NCBI GenBank assembly: GCA_020441205.1
Contig: JAGRMO010000044.1
Coordinates: forward strand, 1-51,922
Direction: 5' to 3'
Length of the DNA: 51,922 nt
DNA from: Maritimibacter sp.
GTDB lineage: Bacteria; Pseudomonadota; Alphaproteobacteria; Rhodobacterales; Rhodobacteraceae
Position numbers and translations under genes: made by a program. A model generated the notes under the pieces. The model was given only the letters and a program-made list of their open reading frames with translations, was not told where the DNA came from and did no database searches. Positions 19,992 through 29,267 of the stretch are shown in pieces. Numbering within the stretch: the stretch's first letter is position 1; each line of letters starts with the position of its first letter.

Positions 19992-20546
19992 CGATCACCT
20001 CTTGGGTTCCTGCCCGGCGCCTGCGCGGGCGCCTTTCTCAGTCTGCACCGGGAATGAAGCCGGAATAGACCGGCGATGCGGCCCGTTGGGGGCCGCTTCC
20101 CCGAAACAAGGCGCGATTCGCGCCTGAAGGGACGGGTTCGCCACAATTGTTCCGCATTGCGGGACAATCGCGCCCCGTGCCGCGCCGGGCCGGAGGCGGG
20201 ACCGTCGCGGGGTCCGCGGGTTCCCGCCGGCGGTCCGCGGCGGTCGGCCGGAACCCGCCGGGATGCCGGGGATGGCGGCGGCGCGCGGAAACTTGCCAGG
20301 GGCGGCGTTCTGTCCGCAGGGCCGCGAATCGGTTGCATAACTGAAAGCGGGCCGGTTTTTCCCAACCACCTTCGGGCGGGATTTTCTGATTGCTGCGGAA
20401 TTTTCGCCTGAGTGGATAGATTGTTTCGAAGGCGGAAACCGTTCAGACATCGTGAATAAGGCGTTTTTCTTTTGTTTTCATCGTCTTGGCGGATATTCGC
20501 CGGGGCGATTTGCGCTCATCTGTACCGAACTATACAGGCTTCTGCT

Positions 20547-23500
20547 ATGCATGGGGGTATCAATCCGGGGAGCTGTGGATCGCCAGTGGACACGGAACAC
20601 AGGGCCGGTCGCGAGACCGAGGTTAACGATTATTCCGATGCGGCCGCTGTTGGGCCGGCCGAACCGCCTTCGGGCGCGGCGCAGACCCGCGCGGGCGTTG
20701 GTTCCGCGAGCGCGGGTGATGGCGAGCTGTTTCCGTTCCAGCCGATTGTCCTGACCGCCGTGGATGGCGACGCGCTTGCCGCGAAGGCGCGGCGCCTGGC
20801 GACACGGCTCGCCAACCTGACCGACATGTCGCTCGCGGCCCTGTCGCAGACGCTGATCGCCGAGGCGACCGGCCCGGGGCGCGCCCGCGTGCTGGTGGTC
20901 GAAAGTCTCGCCGAGGCGGCGGCGCTCCTGGAGGCCGAGACCGCGCCCGGGGTTTTCGATGTCGACCGCGCCGGCGTGGCTCCCGAAGTGGCGTTCCTGT
21001 TTGACGGCGCCGGCATCGCGGCCTCGGCGTTCCCGCATGGGCTCTACGAGACCGAGCCGGTATTCCACGCCAGCGTCGAACAGGGGCTCGCCCTGCACCT
21101 TGAGCGCTCGGGGCAGGATCTGCACGACGCGCTCCTGCACGGGGTGGCCGACGCCCGGTCCGAGGCACAGGCGGTGCTCGGCCTGATCGTCGAGGTGGCG
21201 CTGGCCCGGCTCCTGATGTCGTGGGGGGTGGTGCCGTCGGCACTCGTCGTTGCGCGTGGCGGGGCTGCGGCCGCTGTCGTCGCCGGGGTCATGTCCTTCG
21301 AGGATGCGCTCGCGCTCGCCGCCGGCGGGTCGCCCGATCCGGACGGGTTCGCCGATCCCGGCCTGCCAGTCGTGTCGGCGCGCGCCGGCGGGCCGGTGGA
21401 GGATGTTCGCGACCTCGCGTTCTGGCGGGCGGCGGGAGACGGTTTCGACGCCGACGCGCTGGCTCAGGCGCTGGCGGACTGGTCCGAGAATGTGTTCGTG
21501 GCGCTCGGCTGGGGCGACATGGCGCAACAGCTCGCCGCAGCGGGCGGGGTACCGGCGGCGCGGCTGGTCGCGGTCCGGGCGGCGTCGCGCGAAATCGCCG
21601 ACGACCGCTCGTTCGTCACCGCTTTGGCCCGGTTGTCCGGGCTCGGCGTCGCGGTGGACTGGGGCCAGCTCTGGGACGATGTGGTGCTTCCGCCCGTCGA
21701 TCTCGACGAGGACGGCGCAGGCGACGTCTCCGATGACGCGTCCGGGAATGAGGCGGTCGCGCTGTCCGGGCCGCTCATCGACAGCATGGTCGATCTGGGG
21801 CAGGGCGCCTGGGCGTTCCGGTCCGATTGGGCGCCGGGCGCGGCCTGGGTGCTGGATCAACTCCGCGCGGCGGATGGCGCGCCGGTGCTCTCGCCCGGGA
21901 TCGTGGTCGCGCTCCTCGCCGAAGCCGGGGCGGCCCTGGGGTTGGCATGGCCCTACGAAATCCGCGACCTCGCGCTCGCCGAGCCGCGCCTCGCGGCACC
22001 GGGCGGCACGGTCGCGCTCACGCTGCGGCTCGAGGCGGAGGCGGGCGGATGGCGCGCCCGGCTCACGGGGGCCGGTTCGCGGCCGGGGCAGACGCTCGAC
22101 CATGCGAGCGCCCGGCTTGCGCCGCTCTCGGCGCCGGCGCCCGCGCCGGTGGATTTCGCCCAGATCGCGATGCGCTGCCGCGACGATATCGCCGCCGCCG
22201 AGGCCGGGGCCACGCTGGCCGTGGCGGTCGAGGCGCAGTACCGGTTCGGCCCCGGCTGGCGGGTGTTGCGCGAGGCGGCGCGGGGCGGCGGCCACGGGCT
22301 TGCCCGGCTGAGCCTTGCGCCGGAAGAACACGGGAGGCTCGCGGACGGGCTGTCGGTGCACCCCGGCCTGTTCGATCTGGCGAGCTTCTGGGCCGCTGAC
22401 ATGGGGCCCGGCCATGATCCCGAGGCGCCGGCGGTTGCGGCGCGCCTCGGGGCGGTGCGGGTCTACGGATCGCTGCCCGCGGATTTCGCGAGCTGGGCCC
22501 GCTCGGGCGGTGGAGACGACGCCGGGCTCGACGTGACGCTCGCCGGTTTCGACGGCGCGCCGCTGATCGAGATCGAGGCATTGCGTTTGCTTGCCGCCGA
22601 CGCCGTGCGGTGGGACCCGGAAGAAGCGGCGCCCGGCCCCGATGAGCCGGCGCTTCCGCAAGAGGAAGCGGCATCGGCGCATGCGGATATTCCGGCCGAA
22701 ACGGCCGAGGCGGCACCGGCCACCACGCCCGTCGGGGCCGCTGGGCTTGCGGCGGAACCCGTCGCGGACGAGGCCGAGGCGGTCGAACCGATTGACGACG
22801 ATGCGGTTTTCGCACCGGACGTGCCGGTCGAGGATGTGCCTGACGTGCTCGACCTTCCTGCGACGGAAAGCGCGGACATGGCCGGTGCTGAACTGTCCGA
22901 GGATGACGCGGAAGCCGAGACGGGTGAAGACCCGGCCACGCAGGACGGCGCAACGGACGGGGACGCAGGGGATTTGACGGCCGAGGCGACGGGCGCGGTC
23001 GATGGCGTCGAGCCCCAGACCGAGGAGATCGCGGCCGAGGATGCTCCTTCGTCGGCGGAGGACGCGTTTGAGGCGACGACCGAGGCCGGTGCGCCCGATG
23101 ATGCCGGCGCGGCTGCGCAGGCGTCGGCCGGTCCCGATGGCGCGGCCGAGGAAACTCCGGACCGCCCGGCAACGGGCACGGCGGTGGTGGCGCGCGCCGC
23201 TCCGGTCTTCCTGCTCGCCGAGACCCATCGCGGCGCAATGCGGCTTGCGACCGTCACGGCGCATCTGCGTGAAGACCGCGCGGTGCACGGGTTGCTCGGC
23301 GGTTTCATCGGTGACGATCCGGAGAGCTGGACGATCGAGAAGGCCGCCCGCATCCACATGTCGGAGATCCGCCGGGTCCAGCCCGAGGGGCCCTATGTCA
23401 TCGGCGGGATCGGCGGCGACGGGATCACCGCGCTCGAAGTCGCGCGGTTGTTGCGGAGCGAGCGGCAGGAGACGGCGCTGGTGATCCTGATCGACACCCA

Positions 23501-24002
23501 TCCGGTGCTCGATCCGGCGCGGGCGCTGAACGAGGCCGCGCCACCCACGCTGCGCGAGAACCGCCGCTCGCGTCCGGGCCAGCTCATCGTGCGGGCGCGG
23601 ACGAAGGTGGCCGAAAGCCTGCGCCGCAAACCCACCGAACAGGAGCTTGCCGAGGCCGCACTAGTCGCGCGCATCGAGACGGCGCAGCGCGCGGCGATCG
23701 GTGGCTACAAGCCCCGGCCCTACGACATGAACGTGACCCTGCTGGTCTCACCCTCCGACACGTCGCGCAAGGCGCGTCGGGCGCGCAAGAAGGCGACCGC
23801 GCCGGCCGCCAAGATCGGCGACAACGGCTGGGGGCGCTGGATCCCGCGGCTCGAGGTCAACGAACTGCCGGACGACCTCGCCTCGCTCGCCACCGGGGCG
23901 GGCGCGAAGGAGATCGGCGTCTATCTCAGGGCGCGGGTCGAGGCGGCGTTCAGGAACCCCGGTGAAACCGTCCATTGGCACCCCGCGAAAGCCGCGGAGT
24001 AA
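20547..24002 (+). CDS. Degenerate type I PKS-derived protein (KS-AT linker, AT-like, DH-like, acidic linker, TE-like; no KS, KR or ACP)
   Basis: PIVLTAVDGDALAAKARRLA (KS C-terminal linker), VAFLFDGAG...GLYETEPVF (AT), ALARLSGLGVAVDW, WVLDQL..G..VLSPG and HPGLFD (DH), QPEGPYVIGGIGGDGITALEVAR (TE). Start is uncertain (20472, 20547 or 20586). Confidence 0.75.
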   Translation: MHGGINPGSCGSPVDTEHRAGRETEVNDYSDAAAVGPAEPPSGAAQTRAGVGSASAGDGELFPFQPIVLTAVDGDALAAKARRLATRLANLTDMSLAALSQTLIAEATGPGRARVLVVESLAEAAALLEAETAPGVFDVDRAGVAPEVAFLFDGAGIAASAFPHGLYETEPVFHASVEQGLALHLERSGQDLHDALLHGVADARSEAQAVLGLIVEVALARLLMSWGVVPSALVVARGGAAAAVVAGVMSFEDALALAAGGSPDPDGFADPGLPVVSARAGGPVEDVRDLAFWRAAGDGFDADALAQALADWSENVFVALGWGDMAQQLAAAGGVPAARLVAVRAASREIADDRSFVTALARLSGLGVAVDWGQLWDDVVLPPVDLDEDGAGDVSDDASGNEAVALSGPLIDSMVDLGQGAWAFRSDWAPGAAWVLDQLRAADGAPVLSPGIVVALLAEAGAALGLAWPYEIRDLALAEPRLAAPGGTVALTLRLEAEAGGWRARLTGAGSRPGQTLDHASARLAPLSAPAPAPVDFAQIAMRCRDDIAAAEAGATLAVAVEAQYRFGPGWRVLREAARGGGHGLARLSLAPEEHGRLADGLSVHPGLFDLASFWAADMGPGHDPEAPAVAARLGAVRVYGSLPADFASWARSGGGDDAGLDVTLAGFDGAPLIEIEALRLLAADAVRWDPEEAAPGPDEPALPQEEAASAHADIPAETAEAAPATTPVGAAGLAAEPVADEAEAVEPIDDDAVFAPDVPVEDVPDVLDLPATESADMAGAELSEDDAEAETGEDPATQDGATDGDAGDLTAEATGAVDGVEPQTEEIAAEDAPSSAEDAFEATTEAGAPDDAGAAAQASAGPDGAAEETPDRPATGTAVVARAAPVFLLAETHRGAMRLATVTAHLREDRAVHGLLGGFIGDDPESWTIEKAARIHMSEIRRVQPEGPYVIGGIGGDGITALEVARLLRSERQETALVILIDTHPVLDPARALNEAAPPTLRENRRSRPGQLIVRARTKVAESLRRKPTEQELAEAALVARIETAQRAAIGGYKPRPYDMNVTLLVSPSDTSRKARRARKKATAPAAKIGDNGWGRWIPRLEVNELPDDLASLATGAGAKEIGVYLRARVEAAFRNPGETVHWHPAKAAE

Positions 24003-24007
24003 GGAGT

Positions 24008-25018
24008 ATGATTTCCGTGTCCCAACCCACGATCCTGACAGTGATCCTGAACTACCGCACGCCCGACGATGCGATGAAGGCGGCGGAGGCGGCGCTGGTG
24101 GCGATGGAGGGCCTCGCAGGCGAGGTCGCGATCGTCGACAACGATTCCCAGGACGGGTCGTTCCGCAAGATCAAGGCGGCGGTGGCGGCGAAGGGCTGGG
24201 CCGGCGGCGGCAGGGTTCATGTCTACGAGACCGGGCATAACGGCGGCTTCGGGTCGGGCAACAATTTCGCGATCCGGGCCGGGCTTTCGACCGGCGACAA
24301 GCCCGATTACGTCTATCTGGTGAACCCCGACGCCATCGCCGAGCCCGAGGCGATCCGCACGCTGGTGGCGTTTCTCGAGGCCCGGCCCGAGGCCGGGATC
24401 GCGGGCAGCCTGATTCTCAAGCCCGACGGGCGGCGTGCCTATGGGGCGTTCGAATTCCCCGGCCTCGTGCGCGAGTTCGAGGAGGCCGCGCGCACGATGA
24501 TGGTCAGCCGGATCATCAAGCTGGGCCGGATCCATACCGCGCCCCCCGAGGAGCAGACCCAGGTCGATTGGGTGTCGGGCTCGTCGGTGATGATGCGGCG
24601 GTCGATGCTCGACGAGATCGGGCTCTTCGACGAGACCTATTTCCTCTATTTCGAAGAGACCGATCTGTGCCTGAGGGCGAAGCGGGCGGGGTGGCAGGTG
24701 TGGTATCTGCCCGAGAGCCGGGTGGTGCATATCGGCGGGGTGTCGACCGGCATGTTCACCTGGAAGCGGCAGCCGAAGTACTGGTTCGACAGCCGGCTGC
24801 ATTATTTCACCAAGAATTACGGTCGGGCCTACACGGTTCTGACCACGCTCGCGCTGCTCGCGGGCGAGGGGGTGTGGATGCTGCGCCGCCTCGTCAATCC
24901 GAAGGCGGAACGCTACCGCCAGTCGGAACGCTTCGCGCGCGACCTGATCGAGCATTCGGTGCAGGCGATGTTCGCGCGTCGCGACGCGCCCGCGGGCGGT
25001 TCCGGCGGGAGTCACTAG
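24008..25018 (+). CDS. Glycosyltransferase family 2 (rhamnosyltransferase-like)
   Basis: AAGGAG RBS; VILNYRT, IVDNDSQDGS, NGGFGSGNN, LVNPDA, DWVSGSS, GLFDETYFLYFEETDLC. Confidence 0.92.
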   Translation: MISVSQPTILTVILNYRTPDDAMKAAEAALVAMEGLAGEVAIVDNDSQDGSFRKIKAAVAAKGWAGGGRVHVYETGHNGGFGSGNNFAIRAGLSTGDKPDYVYLVNPDAIAEPEAIRTLVAFLEARPEAGIAGSLILKPDGRRAYGAFEFPGLVREFEEAARTMMVSRIIKLGRIHTAPPEEQTQVDWVSGSSVMMRRSMLDEIGLFDETYFLYFEETDLCLRAKRAGWQVWYLPESRVVHIGGVSTGMFTWKRQPKYWFDSRLHYFTKNYGRAYTVLTTLALLAGEGVWMLRRLVNPKAERYRQSERFARDLIEHSVQAMFARRDAPAGGSGGSH

Positions 25019-25032
25019 TAGGGGGGTAAGTG

Positions 25033-26754
25033 ATGTCAGTGGGGAATGTTGTTCTCATCGGGGAAGACCGGTTTTTGACGGGCCTCGGCGATGCGGTGAT
25101 CGCACGGGGCGGGACGGTGACGGCCGTTGTCAGCCGGGTGCTGCGGGTGCGCGACTGGGCGCAGGCGGCCGGGGTGCCGGTCCTGCCCTCACTCGACGCC
25201 CTCCCGGATGGGCCGCGCCCCGACTGGGTGATCGGCGTCGGCATGCAGCGAACGGACGGCACGACGATGTTGGCGCTGCCCCGTCTCGGTGCGGTGAGCT
25301 ACCACGACGGCCCGCTGCCGCATTACGCCGGCGTCAACACCCAGGTCTGGGCCCTGCTTGCGGGCGAGACCCGGCACGGCGTGACCTGGTTGCTGCCGGA
25401 TACCGACCAGAACCTCGGCGACGTGGTTCTGCGCCAGGATTTCGAGATCGCGGCGGACGAGACCGCCGCCTCGCTGATCGCCAAATGCCAGGCCGCCGGG
25501 CTCGAAAGCTTCGACACACTGCTCGATCGCATGGAAGCCGGCGCGCTCGAAGGCGAACCGCAGGACCGCGCCAGGCGCCGCTATTTCCGCCACGCGGCCC
25601 GGCCGCTCGGCGACGGGCGGCTGGATTTCACCCAGGGACGCGACGAGCTTCTGCGGCTCGTCCGCGCGCTCGATTTCGGCGGCGCGCGCAATCCGATGGC
25701 CTCGGCCAAGATCGAGGTGGCCGGCAAGGTGGTGCTGATCGGCGCTGCTGCCGCGGCGGAGGGGCAGGGATCCGAGGCGCCGGGCACGGTGCTTTCGGCC
25801 GATCCCGAGACGCTCGTCGTCGCCACCGGCTCCGGCGCGGTGGCGCTGTCGGGTCTCACCGATCCGATGCGGCGGCCGCTCGCGGCCGACGGGCTCGCAC
25901 GGCCGGGCGACCGGCTGTCGTCGCTCGACCCGACGCAGGCGGCGCGGTTGCGCCACCAGGCGGTGGCGATGGCGCCGTCGCAATGGCACTGGCGCTCGCG
26001 GCTGAGCACGTTCCGGCCCGCGGTTCCGGGTTTCGTGCGGCAGAGCGGCGAGGCTGCGGCCTGGGCCGATCACCGGTTGCCGGCGCCGCAAGGGCTGAGC
26101 GACGAAGCGCTGTTCGCGGCGCTGGCCGCCTGGGTGCTCGCGTCCTGCGACGACTGGAGCGGCGGTCTCGCCTTCGCCGGGCGCGACGTGATCGCGGCCG
26201 CCGAGACCATGCCCGGCTACGTCAATCCCTGGGTGCCGCTCGGGCTCGGCGGCGACGCGGCCGGGAAGCGGACGCTGGCCGAACTCGCGGAAGATCTCGA
26301 ACCGGATTTCGCCGCCGCGCGGGCCGGGGGGTTCGCCGCCGATATCATCGCCCGCCATCCCGGGCTCGCTCCCTTCGAGACGCCGGCTCTCGGGCTCTCT
26401 GCAGGCGGGCCGATCCAGGGGACGGCGCTGACGCTCTCGGCGCTGCGCGGCGTGGTCACGCTATGGCACGACACCAATGCGCTCGACGTCGGCGCGCATT
26501 GCCGGCTCGCGGGCTCGCTTGGGCGCTTCCTCGAGGCGCTCGACGGCGAGGGGACGACAGACCGGCCGGTGGGTGCGCTCCTCGCCGAGGCGGAAGCGGC
26601 GCCGAGACTTTCGGTGGCGGCCTGGGCCGGGCTCTGGGCCGAGGACATTCCCGGCGCCGGACCGCGGCCTTTCGCGGCGCCGGCCTTCGACCGCAGCGCC
26701 ATCATGTTGCGGCGCCGCGAGATGCGGGCGGGTCACGCCCAGGCGGCGGAGTAG
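25033..26754 (+). CDS. Formyltransferase-like protein, probably the truncated N-terminal part of an NRPS-like gene
   Basis: GAVSYHDGPLPHYAGVNTQVWALLAGETRHGVTW, Fmt C-domain-like RLVRALDFG...PGTVL...LVVATGSG. No adenylation or carrier motifs are recognisable. Confidence 0.72.
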   Translation: MSVGNVVLIGEDRFLTGLGDAVIARGGTVTAVVSRVLRVRDWAQAAGVPVLPSLDALPDGPRPDWVIGVGMQRTDGTTMLALPRLGAVSYHDGPLPHYAGVNTQVWALLAGETRHGVTWLLPDTDQNLGDVVLRQDFEIAADETAASLIAKCQAAGLESFDTLLDRMEAGALEGEPQDRARRRYFRHAARPLGDGRLDFTQGRDELLRLVRALDFGGARNPMASAKIEVAGKVVLIGAAAAAEGQGSEAPGTVLSADPETLVVATGSGAVALSGLTDPMRRPLAADGLARPGDRLSSLDPTQAARLRHQAVAMAPSQWHWRSRLSTFRPAVPGFVRQSGEAAAWADHRLPAPQGLSDEALFAALAAWVLASCDDWSGGLAFAGRDVIAAAETMPGYVNPWVPLGLGGDAAGKRTLAELAEDLEPDFAAARAGGFAADIIARHPGLAPFETPALGLSAGGPIQGTALTLSALRGVVTLWHDTNALDVGAHCRLAGSLGRFLEALDGEGTTDRPVGALLAEAEAAPRLSVAAWAGLWAEDIPGAGPRPFAAPAFDRSAIMLRRREMRAGHAQAAE

Positions 26755-26766
26755 GTGGGAGCGGAC

Positions 26767-27459
26767 ATGCAGTGCACCGAGCACACCTTCGAAACCCTTC
26801 TCGGGTCGCAGTCGCAAAGCCAGGTCGGCGTGGCGGTTACCGATCCGCGGCGGGAATATCCGGGTGCGTTCCCGGTCGAGCTGTCGGAGATGCCGCGCGC
26901 GGTCGAGGGGCGGCGACGTGAGTATGTCGCGGGCCGAGTGGCGGCGCATCGGGCGATGGAAAAGCTCGGCCTCAGTCCGCGCCCGGTGCTGGCCAACCGG
27001 TCGCGCGCGCCGTCCTGGCCGCGCGGCCTGGTGGGCTCGCTCAGCCACAATTCCACCGCCTGCGTCGCCGTGGTGGCGCGGGCGACGCAGGTGCGCTCGC
27101 TCGGCATCGACATCGAGGACGACAGCCCCTTGGAACCGGATCTGACCCGCACGGTCTGCACGCTGGAAGAGCGCGCCTGGCTCGCCGCCCAGCCCGAAGC
27201 GCGGCGCGGGCTGTTCGCCAAGCTCATCTTCAGCGCCAAGGAGGCGGTCTACAAGGCGCAGTACCCGGTGACGCACCGGCTGCTCGATTTCCCCTCGGTC
27301 CTGGTGACGCCGGATGTCGACACCGGACAGTTCGAGGCGACGTTCCTCAAGGAAACCGGGCCCTTCGCGAAGAACGACCATATCGGCGGCCGGTTCGCGA
27401 TCGCGGGTGGGGCGATCCATACCGCGGTGGTGCTGATGCCCGACATGGCGCGGGCCTGA
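26767..27459 (+). CDS. 4'-phosphopantetheinyl transferase (EntD/Sfp type)
   Basis: RRREYVAGRVAA, APSWPRGLVGSLSH, LGIDIE, IFSAKEAVYKAQYP. Confidence 0.92.
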   Translation: MQCTEHTFETLLGSQSQSQVGVAVTDPRREYPGAFPVELSEMPRAVEGRRREYVAGRVAAHRAMEKLGLSPRPVLANRSRAPSWPRGLVGSLSHNSTACVAVVARATQVRSLGIDIEDDSPLEPDLTRTVCTLEERAWLAAQPEARRGLFAKLIFSAKEAVYKAQYPVTHRLLDFPSVLVTPDVDTGQFEATFLKETGPFAKNDHIGGRFAIAGGAIHTAVVLMPDMARA

Positions 27460-27546
27460 GGCGTCGTACGGGGATCGATTGTGCAGAATGACGAGATATC
27501 GCGGGCGCGCCGCTGGGCTGCCCGGCAGAACGGTCGGGAGGCCGGC

Positions 27547-29247
27547 ATGATCCAGATGTTTAAGGCCGCGCTGCTGGCGCTTGTGGTTGCGCTGGCGCCG
27601 CTCCGGGCCGAGGCCGGCGGGGTGGGCATCGGGCTCGCCTCCTTCGCCGACTGGGGCACCGAACTGCCGCTCCTCGATCTGATGAAGTCGTCCCGACCCT
27701 GGATCGGCCACGGGCCGGACGAGTGGGAGGCGATGAGCTACGAGGAACTCGTCGCCGCCGGCACGCTCGATGAACACGGATGGCCGAAGACGATCCCGGC
27801 GGGGTTGAGCTCGATCGGAACGCTGCTGTTCACCGATTTTCCGGCTGATGCCGGCGGGGCGGCCGGGCGCTACCGGGTGAGCTGGGAAGGCACCGGCGAG
27901 ATCGGCGTGAGCGGCGGGGCGACCAATGTCGCGCCGGGCAGGGGCGCGCTCGAGTTCGATTTCGTGCCCGGCAACGGTTCGGTGCTGCTCGACATCTACG
28001 TCACCGATCCGGCCGGCACCGGGGATTACCTGCGCAACATCACCATCGTGCGGACCGACCGGCTCGCAGCCTATTCTGCCGGGGAGCGGTTCAACCCCGA
28101 CTGGCTCGCGCTGATCGACGGGTTCGAGGTGCTCCGGTTCATGGACTGGGCCGAGACCAACGATTCCCCGCTGGTTCACTGGGCCGACCGGCCCGAGCTT
28201 GCGGATGCGACCTACACGCTCGGCGGCGCGCCGGTCGAACTGATGGTGGCGCTGGCCAACGAGATCGGGGCCGATCCGTGGTTCAACATTCCCCATCTCG
28301 CCGATGACGCGTTCATCCGCCGGTTTGCGGAGACGGTGCGCGACGGGCTCGATCCCGGTCGCAAGGCCTATGTCGAGTTTTCCAACGAGGTTTGGAACTG
28401 GGGCTTCGCCCAGGCCACCTGGGCCGACGAGCAGGCCAAGGCACGCTGGGGCAAGGACAATTCCTGGCTGCAATTCTACGCCGCCCGCTCGGTCGAGATG
28501 GCCGATATCTGGACCGAGGTGTTCGGCGCGGCGGCGGATGAGCGCCTGGTGCGGGTGATCTCGACCCAGACCGCCTGGCTCGGGCTCGAGGAACAGGTGC
28601 TCGACGCGCCGCTCTGGGTCAAGGAAGAGCGCGGCCGCGCCGCGCCCTATACCCATTTCGACGCCTATGCCGTCACCGGCTATTTCGGCGGCCACCTCGG
28701 CTATGACGAATGGGTGCCGGAAGTGAAGGGCTGGATCGCCGACAGCACCGAAGCGGCGATCCGCGATGCCGATACGCTGAAGCTCGAGGGCACGGCGCGG
28801 GCGCAATACGTGCTCGACCACCGGTTCGACGCGGCGACGATGCGCGCCTGGACGCATCTGTCGGGGGGCGACGGGCCCAAGGACGGGGTGATCGACGTGG
28901 CCTCGCTGGTCGCCGAGACGCTGGCCTACCAGGCCGAGGTGGCGGCTGATCACGGGCTCGAACTGGTGGCCTACGAAGGTGGCACCCATGTCGTCGCCGG
29001 CTGGGAGGCGATCGACGACGAGGAGCTCACCGATTTCTTCACCCATCTCAACTACACGTCCGAGATGGGGGCGCTCTACCGGCAGTTGCTCGACGGCTGG
29101 AAGGGGCTCGACGCGGGCGTGTTCGTGGCGTACCTCGACATCGCTTCGCCGAGCCAGTGGGGAAGCTGGGGTAACCTGCGCCACCTCGGCGACCGGACGG
29201 CGCGCTGGGATGCGCTGGTGGCGGCGCGCGATGCGGCGGGGCAGTAA
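27547..29247 (+). CDS. Exported glycoside-hydrolase-like protein
   Basis: Signal peptide MIQMFKAALLALVVALAPLRAEA; LRFMDW, DPWFNIPHLADD, YVEFSNEVWN and LVAYEGGTH (two candidate catalytic Glu). Confidence 0.65.
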   Translation: MIQMFKAALLALVVALAPLRAEAGGVGIGLASFADWGTELPLLDLMKSSRPWIGHGPDEWEAMSYEELVAAGTLDEHGWPKTIPAGLSSIGTLLFTDFPADAGGAAGRYRVSWEGTGEIGVSGGATNVAPGRGALEFDFVPGNGSVLLDIYVTDPAGTGDYLRNITIVRTDRLAAYSAGERFNPDWLALIDGFEVLRFMDWAETNDSPLVHWADRPELADATYTLGGAPVELMVALANEIGADPWFNIPHLADDAFIRRFAETVRDGLDPGRKAYVEFSNEVWNWGFAQATWADEQAKARWGKDNSWLQFYAARSVEMADIWTEVFGAAADERLVRVISTQTAWLGLEEQVLDAPLWVKEERGRAAPYTHFDAYAVTGYFGGHLGYDEWVPEVKGWIADSTEAAIRDADTLKLEGTARAQYVLDHRFDAATMRAWTHLSGGDGPKDGVIDVASLVAETLAYQAEVAADHGLELVAYEGGTHVVAGWEAIDDEELTDFFTHLNYTSEMGALYRQLLDGWKGLDAGVFVAYLDIASPSQWGSWGNLRHLGDRTARWDALVAARDAAGQ

Positions 29248-29267
29248 CGGGTGGCAGGGGAACAAGG

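Noticed and set aside
20547-26754. Functional PKS/NRPS biosynthetic gene cluster
   Set aside because: No KS, A or carrier domains, and catalytic residues are substituted. Reported instead as a degenerate system.
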